From the NCBI RefSeq assembly GCF_006345805.1, contig NC_043000.1:162254001-162318000 (forward strand): a stretch of 64,000 nt of DNA, in the 5' to 3' direction. The notes beneath the pieces were generated by a model. The model was not told the DNA's origin. It ran no database searches and was given only the letters and a program-made list of their open reading frames with translations. Below are positions 1 to 11,587 of this stretch, one piece after another. The stretch is from Octopus sinensis. Lineage: Eukaryota. Each line of letters starts with the position of its first letter. The first letter of the stretch is position 1. A program made the translations under genes and the position numbers.

Positions 1-1449
1 AATAAATAAAATTAAATGGAAAGTGGTGAGAGCTAAGGTGTCGAGCAACATACTTCTCGGTGTCAAGGCAATTTTAGGACTAAGACAGTTCTTGTTATCA
101 ATGCAGCTGCAGTACCAAGGTTGCTCTCAGTAACAAAGCAGCTTTGTACAAGGGTAGTTCCGGGTATCAAAACAGCATCGGTACCAAGGTAGTTCTTAGC
201 TGGTTGAAATCGCAACCCGACATCTATTACTTATAGACAGCTATTACTTTTAGAGCGAAAGACCACTAAAAGCAGCGTCAGTAAACTTACGCTATACATA
301 TCAGCAGAGGTACATCACGGGTTTTCAGGTGAAATGCGATAAACTTTTAATGATATTTCCTTGCAATGCTTCTCTATAAACATTTACCTAATACTTAATT
401 ACGCGTGACACTTCAACAACAGAATTATTAAAGAAATTGAACTTTGACACGTGAAGCTGAAAAGATTCACCATCACTCACTGGCTCACTGATTGAAGAGT
501 TTCGAATATTTGAGGTTAGATTTTCTCCAAATCAAATTTTTGGGAAGCAACACATTTTATTAATACTATGTAAATATAAAGGCATAATTTCTAGAGAAAT
601 AAAAGTAAAATTTCAACATTCATATTTAAAAACAGCCTTAAGCGAAATGGATTTAACGAAGACCGGGAATCGTAGCACTCACTGCAGGAATTTTAAGGCT
701 TATTGTTGCTTTAAAGGGGCTTTAGGAATTTAATCAATACATATATCTAGCTATGTTCATTTTCCCGATCCTAAAACGATGAAAGGTAAAATTTGTGTTT
801 AGCTATAAATAGTCAATAGATCTAATAATGTGATATCATCCTATGCCCCATCCCCGAATGCTGCTATATCGGCATATTTCAGCAGCGTATATAAATATAG
901 AAATGTTCATGTATTACAACAAAAGATTATAAAGGAACGTATTAACTGTGCGTGCCATGGGGTGGGTGAAATTTCTAATGTAAATTTTGGAAAGATAAGC
1001 ATTGACAAATATAATTTTTAACTCTCCTATAACAATTACTTACGAAATCATTATTATCAAATTTTCCTCTACTTCCTCTTCTACCTCCCTCGTCTTCTTT
1101 TTATAATAGTGACAGTGTCTCTGTGGGTTCGAAATTCTGAAGATCGTGCCAAGATTCTAGGAAGGACACAGATAAATGGTTTCTCTTAGCTTAGATAAAG
1201 TTTACTCGTGATATTGAATTTGACACTACAGTTTGCACCAGCTAGAAACAAAATTGTTTCAACAATAAAACACGCTCGGACGCAAACACACACACACGCA
1301 CACACACACAGCTTTACATACATACGTACATACATAGATACATACATACATACATACATACATACATACATACATACATACATACATACACATGTATCTT
1401 AGTTATTTTCTCGTATACGAGCAAAGCCATTGCTAGAAAGAGTCACCGA

Positions 1450-1830
1450 AATGAGTCATCGTTGATGAAATGTGAGGCCCTTATATGACTCTTGAACCCG
1501 GCCAAAGATTTGCACATTCTATTGCATAATGCACAGCTGTGCTGGCTGGCAGAAGGAACAGGTGCCACAGTATCAACTCCTTTCACATGCTTTTTCAATC
1601 CTCCAGCTGAAAGATACACCTTTTACACAGGTTGCAATTGTTCTGCTGCGAACAGAAGCCATATCACAATTTACAATGAGTTGATTCATATGGGTTCTCT
1701 GATGGCTGAACAGGCCTGCACGACGCAAGCATTTCCACCCACAAATCACACGCAAAAGGCAACAGACCCTCATTTTCCACAGGTTCATTCCTTTTAAACC
1801 TTCTCTTTATCTTCTCATGCTTCATTTTCT
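1450..1830 (-). mobile_element. RTE-clade LINE 3' end (5'-truncated, frameshifted) encoding three C2H2 zinc fingers
   Basis: Minus strand, allowing frameshifts, reads KHEKIKRRFKR..., F-A-CDLCGWKCLRRAGLFSHQRTH, CNLC...SAGGLKKHVK and CALCNRMCKSLAGFKSHIRA. This matches the C-terminus of RTE-type ORFs; related ends lie at 17317 and 51300. Confidence 0.7.
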
Positions 1831-2028
1831 CTGAAAACCTCTTGGCTTTCGGTAAAAGAAAATGTGGGAGGACCAGTCAATTGTAATTTTATTCAACAGA
1901 TTCACATACTTACTGCAGCGGTCCTGTCCTTCAGTTTTTCTAAACACTGTAAAAGAACTCGGAGGATCGGGTCTCCAGCCAAACTTTACGCGATACCCTT
2001 AAAACCAGAAAATTTTGAGCACCCCTTT
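1831..2028 (-). mobile_element. Short mariner-type MITE (~200 bp)
   Basis: Degenerate inverted ends (CTGAAAACCTCTTGGC ... CCAGAAAATTTTGAGCACCCC). The body is clearly homologous to the copy at 63331-63523. Confidence 0.65.
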
Positions 2029-2077
2029 TACACACACACGCACACACACGCACACACACACACACACACACAAACAT

Positions 2078-2612
2078 CTTTTATCTTTCACTTGCTTCAG
2101 TTACAAGACTGACCATGCTGGGGCAGCACATAGAAGAAGTTTTAGTGGAATGAATCGACCCCCCAGTATTTATTTTAATTAAAACCTGGTACTTATTATA
2201 TCGGTCTCTTTTGTCGAACAGCTATGTTACAGGGACGTAAACATACAAACACTGGTTGTTAAGCGGTGCTGGAGGACAAATACAGACACAAAGACACACA
2301 CACACATATGTGTGTATGTATATATATATATATATATGTGTAAGTATATATGTATAGGTATGTATATATATATGTGTGTGTATGTGTGTGTGCGTGTGTG
2401 TGTGTGTGTATGTATGTATGTGTGTGTGCGTGTGTGTGTGTGTGTATGTATGTGTGTGTGCGTGCGTGTGTGTGTGAATATATATGTACATACAATCTTT
2501 CAGTTTCTGTCTACCAAATCCATTTACAAGACTTTGATCGGACCGAGAGACTAGAGTAGAAGATACTTGCCCAAAGTGTCATATAATGAATTACGTGGTT
2601 GGGAAGCAACAG
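2078..2612 (-). mobile_element. SINE family A (tRNA-like head, central microsatellite, GAGTAAAA-type tail)
   Basis: Collinear with the better preserved copies at 9878, 33772, 40134 and 61246. Confidence 0.85.
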
Positions 2613-3030
2613 CCACGCCCTGCGCCTGTAACAAAGCCTCTTTGGTTTCCCATGCGGTCAGGCACAACGTTGCTTAACCTGGTGATCGGACAAGAACCGG
2701 TGCATTGAACGTGATATGGCCGTGCGCGCGCGTGTTCGTTCTTTTGTGTTTCAGGATCGATATAATTTCTCATACAGAATCCTGTTTAATTCATGATCAT
2801 GAACGCTACTACGAAGCATTTTATCGACGACTCTATAAAACCTCTCTCTTAGCTAATGATTACTTTTAAAGTTCTTTTATGTTGACGCTGTTTCAATTCT
2901 TAATTGTATTTGATAAAAGCCGCAATCAAATGGCCAGTTAATGCTTTCTAATATTTTACCCAGATTTGGTTCGTAATTTTTCTGACTTGTTTTACAAGAT
3001 ATACAATAGTTATATCAAGAATACCTGTGA

Positions 3031-3471
3031 GGATCTTTTCGGTTTGAACGGCAGTTTTTAACATAATTTCTAGGTAACTAAAAAATTTTAAACTTCGTAT
3101 ACTGGTAGGTTGTGTTTATAAAACATCTTTTTCTCTTGAGAAAATTCTATAGTTTGTAAGATATTTGCTGTTTTTTTCTTCAATTTCTGCAATTTCAACC
3201 AATCGATGACGTCCATTGAGTTAAAAAGCATTCTGTGCCGTATGAATATGTCCCTCGTTTAAGAAACAGATTGGGTTTATTTACATTTGTGAATAAAAAA
3301 AGATACCCTTCCCCCCAATCCTAACCCTAACCCTAACTAACCCTAAACCCTAACTAACCCTAAACCCTAAAACAGATTGAAATGCAATAGATCGATACTA
3401 GGGTCATAATTATGGGTGACAATTTAATATGACACTGCTAGAAAAAACTGCCGTTCAAACCGAAAAGATCT
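3031..3471. mobile_element. Non-autonomous DNA transposon (Merlin-like MITE) with internal (CCCTAA)n
   Basis: ~28-bp TIRs GGATCTTTTCGGTTTGAACGGCAGTTTT / AAAACTGCCGTTCAAACCGAAAAGATCT. Flanks acctgtga (3023-3030) and ccctgtga (3472-3479) form an 8-bp TSD with one mismatch. A GG start plus 8-bp TSD fits Merlin; the superfamily call is inference. Confidence 0.8.
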
Positions 3472-3919
3472 CCCTGTGAATTAAGTGTTAACTAAAGAAA
3501 ACACTACATGTAGGTAATGAAAGAGGGTCACTGTTCACTTGTATAGATTAAATCTTCTATCATAAAATAATAATTTAGAAAACAAAAAGACTAATTCAAC
3601 ACTGAGATAGAGATAAAGTCCTGATGACCTTGTAGTTGAAACAGCTTAGAAATTTTAGCGAAACACACCATAACACGTTCCTTCAGGTATCTTTTGTTAC
3701 AAAGGAGAATTTAAACACCTGTATTTTAAACTAGCAAAACAATTCTTAAATAAATACTGCTGTAGCTGCTTATAGCAGTCAGGTGTAACAGCTGAAGATA
3801 TTTATTTTCAACTTGTAGTACTGGGACTACTACTAATAGTAGAAAGTGCTTTGGCCGTAAACACTCCCCGAGAACCTTTACGAGATACAAAAAGGAAACA
3901 ATAATAAGACATATGATAC

Positions 3920-3983
<64 letters not shown>

Positions 3984-4020
3984 TATTATTACTATTATTA
4001 TTATTATTATTATTATTATT
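3920..4020. repeat. (ATT)n microsatellite
   Basis: Directly visible trinucleotide array; source of the poly-Ile ORFs. Confidence 0.98.
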
Positions 4021-4099
4021 GTTTTACGTGAAAAAGCGGACATATATTTCATTGTTCTCTCCTTCAGTGTGCTAAGAAGAAAATATAAAAGCACAACCA

Positions 4100-4232
4100 C
4101 GTGAGTTCTGGCTCAATTCACTACGTGGCACCTTGAGCAGGTGTCTTTTACAATAAACAAGGGTTTATCAATGCCTTGTGAGATAATTTGGTTGACAGAA
4201 ACTGTGTGGAAGCCCGTCACATATACATACAT

Positions 4233-4263
<31 letters not shown>

Positions 4264-4276
4264 CATATTTATATAC

Positions 4277-4320
<44 letters not shown>

Positions 4321-4650
4321 CATGTGTATGCTTGTGTGTGAATGTATTTTTCATGTGCGTGGGTATGCTGTGTATATGTAGTGTGTGTGTGTGTGTGTGT
4401 ATGTGTGTGTGTACACGTGTGTGTACGTATATGTTTTTATGCCTGTGTTAGAGTTCATTCCACCACTGCACGAGAGCCGGTATTGGAGGATTGCTTACGT
4501 TCCTTAACTGAGCGGTTTGGTTAAATAAACCAATAGAATAAGTACCAGATATATGAAGAAAAATAGAAAAATAAGAATTCAGGGTTGATTTGTTCGATTA
4601 AAACCCTTCAAAGATGTCGTCCAATGATTAGAACAAATTAAAAAAAAAGA
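4100..4650 (+). mobile_element. SINE family A, diverged copy
   Basis: Head segment CGTGGCACCTTGAGCAGGTGTC, central TA/CA/TG tract, tail GTTGATTTGTTCGATTAAAACCCTTCAA. Confidence 0.8.
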
Positions 4651-5137
4651 AGGAAAAGAAAAGCCAAAGTCAAAAAAAGTCATAAATATTGTGGCTGGAA
4701 GAAAATATTCAAACTATGGAGAAAGTTGAACTTCGTGACCGAATGGCTGCAAAGGATAACTTTCTACCAATATAATATCTCGTCAAAATATGCATCCTGT
4801 TATTGACTCATATGATCAATATCAACACGCCACAAATGATGATAAATATTTTCGCTTCGATCGATATTCATATTAAACATATATCAGAACTAATGTAACT
4901 TTCTAGTTAGCTTAAAACATTGATTGCCAAAACAATAGGTTTGCTACTCTCGCACCTCTATGTCAACGTAGCTTCATTGTCTGAAAAAGTGATAATGGTG
5001 TCAAGTGAAATGCAATACAACCTGCTTCAAATTGCTAAGCATTATCCTACATTTTAAAGCTGTATCTGATTGTATGAATACATTTCCATTCTTCGGTTCA
5101 TCGTCCAAATACCAGGTCAACTTCATTGATTTCTACA

Positions 5138-5141
5138 GCTG

Positions 5142-5174
<33 letters not shown>
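5138..5174. repeat. (CTG)n microsatellite
   Basis: Directly visible; no flanking coding context. Confidence 0.95.
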
Positions 5175-5177
<3 letters not shown>

Positions 5178-6579
5178 TATAGTCCCAAGTTAGTGCTGAC
5201 TGAGTAAACATACTTTCAAAAGTATTCAATCACTGTCCGTCGCCTTGATGTCTTGTTTATCATGGATTACAACACTTATTATATCAGTCTTTTTTATTTT
5301 TTTATCACGACAAGGTGTTCTTAGTGTGAATTTGCCTGCTGCTTGTAGCAAGGTGAACCATGATACAGTGGTTTTCCTCGTTGGCTAGTGTAGATTTATG
5401 TATTTAACAAATACGCCCTTCAATAGAAGATGGGCATTTTCCCTATGCAGGAGAGACACGAAATGACTATCAGCTTCTTGAACAAAACACTTGTCAACGT
5501 TACGTATCAATGTGTTTTTTTATTTAGTGCCAAGGAAACAAGGACTTTAAGGCTGGGATATCTAAGTCACAGATGCAACAGAATTGATAACCACAAACAC
5601 TTAAGCTCTTTGTCTGCGGCATTACCATTTCAATTATCCGTGATGTTACTCCCACTTGTTTACAATAATAATTAGCAGAATCCTATTTAATAGTCATTAA
5701 CAGATATTTATTAAACTAATTGTTAGTTAGGATTTTCTGCTATGTTGTTATTTAGACCCAGGACAGCACTACTTTCGCAGGACCATGATAAAAGATCTCC
5801 AGACACGACCACTCCGTCTCTTTTTAGAATTAGCGTATTAAATCTACATTATCTGACGTGTACTTCCTTTTAAATACAATATAGTGTCATTTAAATGAGA
5901 CTGGGCTTCTGTTTCTTGAAGGCAGAAAACCCATGCAATTTGTGCAAATTATCCTGTACTGTGTGTTTGGCTTAATGCTGTATATTATACAGTTTATTAC
6001 ACGATCATTTATATTACAGACTAGGACCCAAGGTGGGAGTTTTTTGATGATTATTCTGCATTTAAGAAAATGCCAACGAAACTAGTGTTAAACGCCGATA
6101 GTATTAAAACAGAAAGAACATATTAGTGTATCCATAGCTATAGTATCTCTGAATAAAGGACTGGACGGGACGGGAAGATCGAGCTGAAACAATTTTGATC
6201 ACAGATTTGCTTGATCAGAGTTGCCGTGGGGTTAAGCATCCTCATCAACAATTAATGACTAATGCAAATAATGACTGTATAGAGCAGAAACAAAGCAGAT
6301 TATTATAGACATTCCTTGACATAATTATATCAAAGAAAGCAGCAGGATAGGAGATAGGAAGTGTAACTAATTTTACACAGGGGAAAGAGCAGGCGATGAT
6401 TAGCTGATCCGACAGATGAAAGTCTAACATCGCTATCAAAGAAGAGAAGAAAGAAAGTGACATGACTTGCAGAACTTTTGTAATTAATTAGTATGTAGAG
6501 TTGAAAGTAATACCATTATTACACTGTTTATAAATAAAAGCTCTTTCTTGCAATCCAGTCAGGTAAACATTCAGCAATA

Positions 6580-6805
6580 AATCACCGAATCCAATCGAAA
6601 ATGAAACCGATTGGTGTTGTAAAAAATCTAAAACAACTTTCATCGCCAATCCCGGTTGTCAGATTGATTTCGTTATAGCGAGCACCAGATAGCACCATAG
6701 GTGTGTGTGTGAGTGTGAAAACGTATCTCGTTCGCTCTCTGTAATGCGCATATACGCATTCGGATTGATAGTTTTCTTAGTTGGTAATTTAAGCTATCCA
6801 ATAGG
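6580..6805. promoter_or_regulatory. Possible promoter or enhancer (CCAAT cluster, CpG-containing unique DNA)
   Basis: Four CCAAT/ATTGG motifs in ~220 bp plus a TGCGCAT motif; no transcript evidence. Confidence 0.2.
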
Positions 6806-7297
6806 ATTATCTTTTATTTTTAAAATGGGGTATTAAAATATTAAAGTAGCAAGTAGCTCAAATTAGAAGCAAATAACAAACAACAAAAATAAGAGTAATA
6901 ATGTACAACTTTGAAAACTAACATAATCCTCTACTTGTAACCTATGTAGCAATTCTGTCTCGAACGGGGATATATATACTGTCATCATTATCTATTATAT
7001 CTATGGGGCGAAGAAAACTCTAATCTTCTTGTCTTTTATTTTATTAGTTTATAGTATGTTTCATAGGTCTATTAATTCGCAGCGAATAGTTGACTGGTAA
7101 TACCATTTTATTAGCCCTAAAAGAGATGAGAGATAACGTTAGCCTCGGCAGGATTTAGAATCAGAACGCAAGGGATTACATACAACAAAATACTTTTGTA
7201 ACTTTGTCCAGACTTCAAAACAATTGTCCTAATAACATGTTAGTCTGAGTTCAAGTAATAGTAAAATCATAACTCAGTTTTATATAACAAACCGATA

Positions 7298-7688
7298 TTG
7301 GTTTCAAATTTTGGCTTAAGGCCAGCAGTTCTAGGAAAGGGGCAAAGTCGATTACATCGATCCCAGTGTTCAAATGGTATTTATTGACCCTGAGAGTATT
7401 AAGACAAAGTCGTCCTCCACAGAATTTGAACTCAGGACTTAAAGACGGACGAAATATCTATTTCGTTACTACCCACAGGGGGCTAAACACAGAGGGGGCA
7501 AACAAGGACAGACAAACGGATTAAGTCTATTACATCGACTCCAGTGCGTAACTGGTACTTCATTTATTGACCCCGAAAGGATGAAAGGCAAAGTCGACCT
7601 CGGCGGAATTTGAACGCAGAACGTAGCGGCAGACGAAATACCGCTAAGCATTTCAATCAGCGTACTAATGTTTCTGCCATCTCGCCGC
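7298..7688 (-). mobile_element. SINE family B, head-to-tail dimer (full unit plus head-less unit with an alternative tail)
   Basis: A-box-like GGCGAGATGGCAGAAAC and B-box GTTCAAATTC; GTCGAC-containing body; junction GAAATAGATATTTCGTC near 7448-7465. Confidence 0.85.
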
Positions 7689-8244
7689 TTTATAACAAAA
7701 CAAACCAGTATTGAGATCGATTTATGAAAACATAAACGCAACTTGTACTAAATACAAAAGATTCTTTTTGGATAATAAACATCATGTTTATCTGTATGAG
7801 TAGTGGGACTGTTTCATATACACAGTTTTAGAACGTTAAGATTGTATGCTATTTTTTCTCAGATCATCTCTGATAGAGCAGTATTATGATGAAAGGCATT
7901 TTATCCTTAACGACTTCATCTTTTTCAGGCACAAGGGACTCAATTAGCTAATATGATGCCATTTATTTTAGTAAAGAGGTATTTAGGGAAGACTTAACTG
8001 CTATTTTTAGGAAGCGAATGACCGCACAGAAGCACCATCGTTGACTCATTAGTCAAAAGGTGACAATCAAGAAGACAAACTGCGTTGTGTAATTGGTTGT
8101 AGATGTTGTTGCTTACTTTATATACTTAGATGCTTATCAAGTTACAAACAGGGTAACTGTTTTTCTTACCGGCAAATAACCAACGTTTTTGGGACGGGTA
8201 TATATTTGACTGAATTTACTTCAATATATTTCTTGTAGCTGAAT

Positions 8245-8437
8245 CGTTACCGCGCCCGCAAAATGCTTAGCAGCATGTCGTCCGTCTTTACGTTCTGAGT
8301 TCAGATTCTGCCGAGGTCGACTTTGCCTTTCATCGATGAAATAAATTGATAAAATAGTACCAGGTAAGCAATGGAGTCAACATAATTGACTTACCTCGTC
8401 ACCGAAATTCCTGGCCTTGTACCCAAATTTTAAACCA
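8245..8437 (+). mobile_element. SINE family B
   Basis: GTTCTGAGTTCAGATTCTGCCGAGGTCGACTTTGCCTTTCATC body and GGCCTTGTACCCAAATTTTAAACC tail. Confidence 0.8.
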
Positions 8438-9877
8438 ATTTATTTCTTGTATCTACTTTATCGTCGCAGGAAAGGTGCGATGGCAAAAACAGCAAAAGTA
8501 CCGGGCCAGATGTCGTTAGGTTTTTATCAACGATACACTTTATTTCATGTACCAATTCCACTTGAAACAGTTTTGCCTTTCATCCTTCTGGAGTCTGTAT
8601 ATAAAAGCAAATCTTGCACTGAGATAGTTTCAATCAACTATTTCTAAAAATGTGGAGCATCCTGTTAAAGAGAAACATCTTTTCATTGACTAGCAATCAT
8701 AAAAGATAATCTTGACTACAAGATCTGAGCTCAGAATATAAGGAATCAAAACAAAATATGATAAGCGATTAATTCTGAAGCTTGAACGTTCTTGTCAAAT
8801 CACGCTTCTTTAGAAATAAAGGTTATTTACAATGGAAGAGAAGGTTTCACATTTAAAGAGAAACATTTATAAAGGCATGTTATGGAAGTTTTCTCGGTAA
8901 GAAATTTAACTCCGTAAATAAAGGGTAATTATTCTTTTTAGAAACCAAATCCTGGGCTTTTCTTGCTGTATAATTCACATCTGAATTCTACAGCAAGAAG
9001 CTCGGCTTCATGTATAGCAATTAATGGAAGAGATTATATAATAGGAAGAACCCTCTAAGTATTTGTTCGATGGGCTAGAAACAGATGCCAAATCTACATG
9101 AAGCCAATCATCCAATTGCCCTAAGAAAGGAAGGACATATTGTTTAATGTAGAGTGGAATACTTAATGTAAGGGGAAAAAATGGCCAGAATGTCTATTAT
9201 AATAGGTCTGCTCGAAAGGGTCACATTGGGGATAAACTTTAAAAACGCCAAATATTTTCAACGGTGCATCTCGAAATAGATAAAACTATAAATAACAGCG
9301 TGTAAATAGTGGGTTAAAAACCTTTTGGGTGGAAATAGACGGCGGCTGCCCGTGGCACTCGAACCTACATCTATAAACAAGACAAATGTGGGAAGGCGAT
9401 CATTCGAATTTTGCCATTCAACAACTTCGTCCTCACCTGCGAGTTCTACTATCAAAAGAAATTATTTCACGACGCACATTTAGTTTCTAAATTCTTATGA
9501 TGAAAACGAATTATTTTTCTATTTTAATCACTTTCTCTGATTCAATATCTTATTTTCATCATGACGACAGGAAAACGTGTGCAGAGAATGATAAGCATAG
9601 CAGACGGAACCAAGTAAAAACTGTAATATAATGCACTGATTTTGTGATATAATTTTTTAAAAAACTCATTTGATATTAAAATATAGCAGTAAAATGCCTT
9701 CATATTTATGTAAATAAACAGCTGACATTATACAATACAACACACAAACACACACACATACTGTGAGCCAAAAGTCAAGCACCAAAATATTTGACATTTT
9801 ATTTATATAACGTTATTATTATAATTATTCATTTTGTTCTTGTACAAGTACGTGTGTATTTATCAATATTCTATGTA

Positions 9878-10288
9878 TTTTACTCTTTTACTCTTTTGTT
9901 TCAGTCATTTGACTGCGGCCATGCTGGAGCACCACCTTTAGTCGAGCAAATCGACCCCAGGACTTATTCTTTGTAAGCCTAGTACTTATTCTATCCGTCT
10001 CTTTTGCCGAATTGCTAAGTTACGGGGACGTAAACACACCAGCATCGGTTGTCAAGCGATGTTGGTGGCGGTTACAAACACAGACACACAAACATACACA
10101 CACACACACACATACATCCATATATACTTATATACGACGAGCTTCTTTCAGTTTCCGTCTACCAAATCCACTCACAAGGCTTCGGTCGCCCAAGGGCATT
10201 GTAGAGGACGCTTGTCCAAGGTGCCACGCAGTGGAACCGAACCCAGAACCATGTGGTTTGTAAGCAAGCTACTTACCACACAGCCACT
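9878..10288 (-). mobile_element. SINE family A, well preserved
   Basis: Minus strand begins GGAGTGGCTGTGTGGTAAG (A box) ... GGTTCGGTTCC (B box); near-identical to the copies at 33772, 40134 and 61246. Confidence 0.92.
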
Positions 10289-10289
10289 C

Positions 10290-10570
10290 CAATTTGAAGC
10301 ATACCATTCACAATTTCGGACCCTGTTGAACTTGTTTTGTTCGAGACTTTTGGCCCACCCTGTGAGCGCGTGTGTACCGTTGGAGATTTTGTTCCCTCTG
10401 TCTTCCCTTCTCTGGATCTTTCCTTCTCCTATGTTTCTGACGAAGAGCTTCGCTCGAAACGTTAAACCCTCCTTCTTTCCTTCTTTCCTGAGCGTCCAAT
10501 AATACTATATTTGTTCCACGTCCTCGCGTTGTTGTGTTTTCCTGTGCTTTCTTGTTTGAATTAACTATAC
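10290..10570 (+). mobile_element. Small non-autonomous Penelope-like element carrying a hammerhead motif
   Basis: Shares the TTCCTGAGCG.CA...CTAATAC/TAATAC segment downstream of the ribozyme with the elements at 14215, 17000 and 25960; ends in a microsatellite. Confidence 0.6.
10433..10467 (+). ncRNA. Minimal type-I hammerhead ribozyme, canonical core
   Basis: GUUU-CUGACGA-A-GAGC(UUC)GCUC-GAAAC-GUU/AAAC: helix I GUUU:AAAC, helix II GAGC:GCUC, palindromic ACGU stem III; predicted cleavage after 10463. Confidence 0.7.
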
Positions 10571-10586
10571 ACGCACACACACACAT

Positions 10587-10643
<57 letters not shown>

Positions 10644-10743
10644 CATATATATATACATATACATATACGATATATATATATATAAACGTGTGTGTGTGGG
10701 GGTGTATATATGTGTGTGTATATCTATCTATCCATCTATCTAC

Positions 10744-10807
<64 letters not shown>

Positions 10808-10850
10808 ATATATATATATAATATATATTTACAGGGTGGACCATATATTT

Positions 10851-11028
10851 ACAGGCAATACTGACATGCTAAATATAGCAGTCAAAATGACCAAACCACA
10901 AGTTTTTACGTAAACACAAAGGTGAAAGCAGATAAATGAATAAAAACACGCTTTCACCTTTGTGTTTAAGTGAAAACTTGTGGTTCGGTCATTTTGACTG
11001 CTATATTTAGCATGTCAGTATTGCCTGT
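10851..11028. repeat. Long inverted repeat (79-bp arms, 20-nt loop)
   Basis: 10851-10929 is the reverse complement of 10950-11028 with 3 mismatches (compared by eye). Confidence 0.95.
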
Positions 11029-11371
11029 TAGTGGTACCCTTAATTATTGATTGATAATTGTTTTTATCGTCATGGGTTATTTTATACAGGCGAACCCAAT
11101 GATATTATTATAAACAATATCCTCGTATATAAATATGTAATTTTTATTCACTTCGATCACCTTTTAAAATTTGCTGCGGCATTAAAAAAGGTCACCATAC
11201 ACATTAGTTGAGATGAATAAACGCTATGACCCTGGGTCCAGTAAGACTTGCTGAAGATGAAATAAGAGTATTTCTCAAAGTTCTAAATCACAGTGATACA
11301 CGTATGTTTGACTTCTTCAATTTTCGATTATTTTCGTCATTGGTACGGGGTCTTAGGATTTCTATTCATTT

Positions 11372-11555
11372 GCTCGCTTTCAGCTTTGTGTTTAAGTGAA
11401 AATTTGTGGTTTGGTCATTTTGACTGTTATATTTAGCATGTCTGCACTACCTGTTAGTAGCCTTAGTTATTAATTGATAATATTTTACTGTTATGGTCTT
11501 TTTGCGCATACTAAGTTACTGATATTATTATAAACAATGATATCCTCATACATGC
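11372..11555 (+). repeat. Diverged direct repeat of ~10945-11130
   Basis: GCTTTCAGCTTTGTGTTTAAGTGAAAATTTGTGGTTTGGTCATTTTGACTG ... GATATTATTATAAACAAT is shared. Confidence 0.9.
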
Positions 11556-11587
11556 ATATATACTTATATATATATATATATGTTTTT

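Noticed and set aside
1-250. Possible degenerate LINE 3' end on the minus strand
   Set aside because: Too decayed to assign by eye.
2755-2869. Strong acceptor followed by ~37 open codons
   Set aside because: Length is within chance expectation; no recognisable peptide.
3320-3370. Telomere or chromosome end
   Set aside because: Short, degenerate and enclosed by TIRs with a TSD.
6251-6275. Octamer/TAAT motif cluster
   Set aside because: Several octamers are expected by chance in 64 kb of AT-rich DNA.
7929-7978. Possible 50-nt exon (TTTTTCAG|...AAGAG|GTATTT, AQGTQLANMMPFILVK)
   Set aside because: No recognisable homology and no partner exons identified.
9258-9455. Minus-strand ORF with apparent splice signals (GCAG|GTGAG and a polypyrimidine-TAG acceptor)
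   Set aside because: Peptide not recognisable, implied exons tiny, and such signals are frequent by chance; needs RNA-seq.
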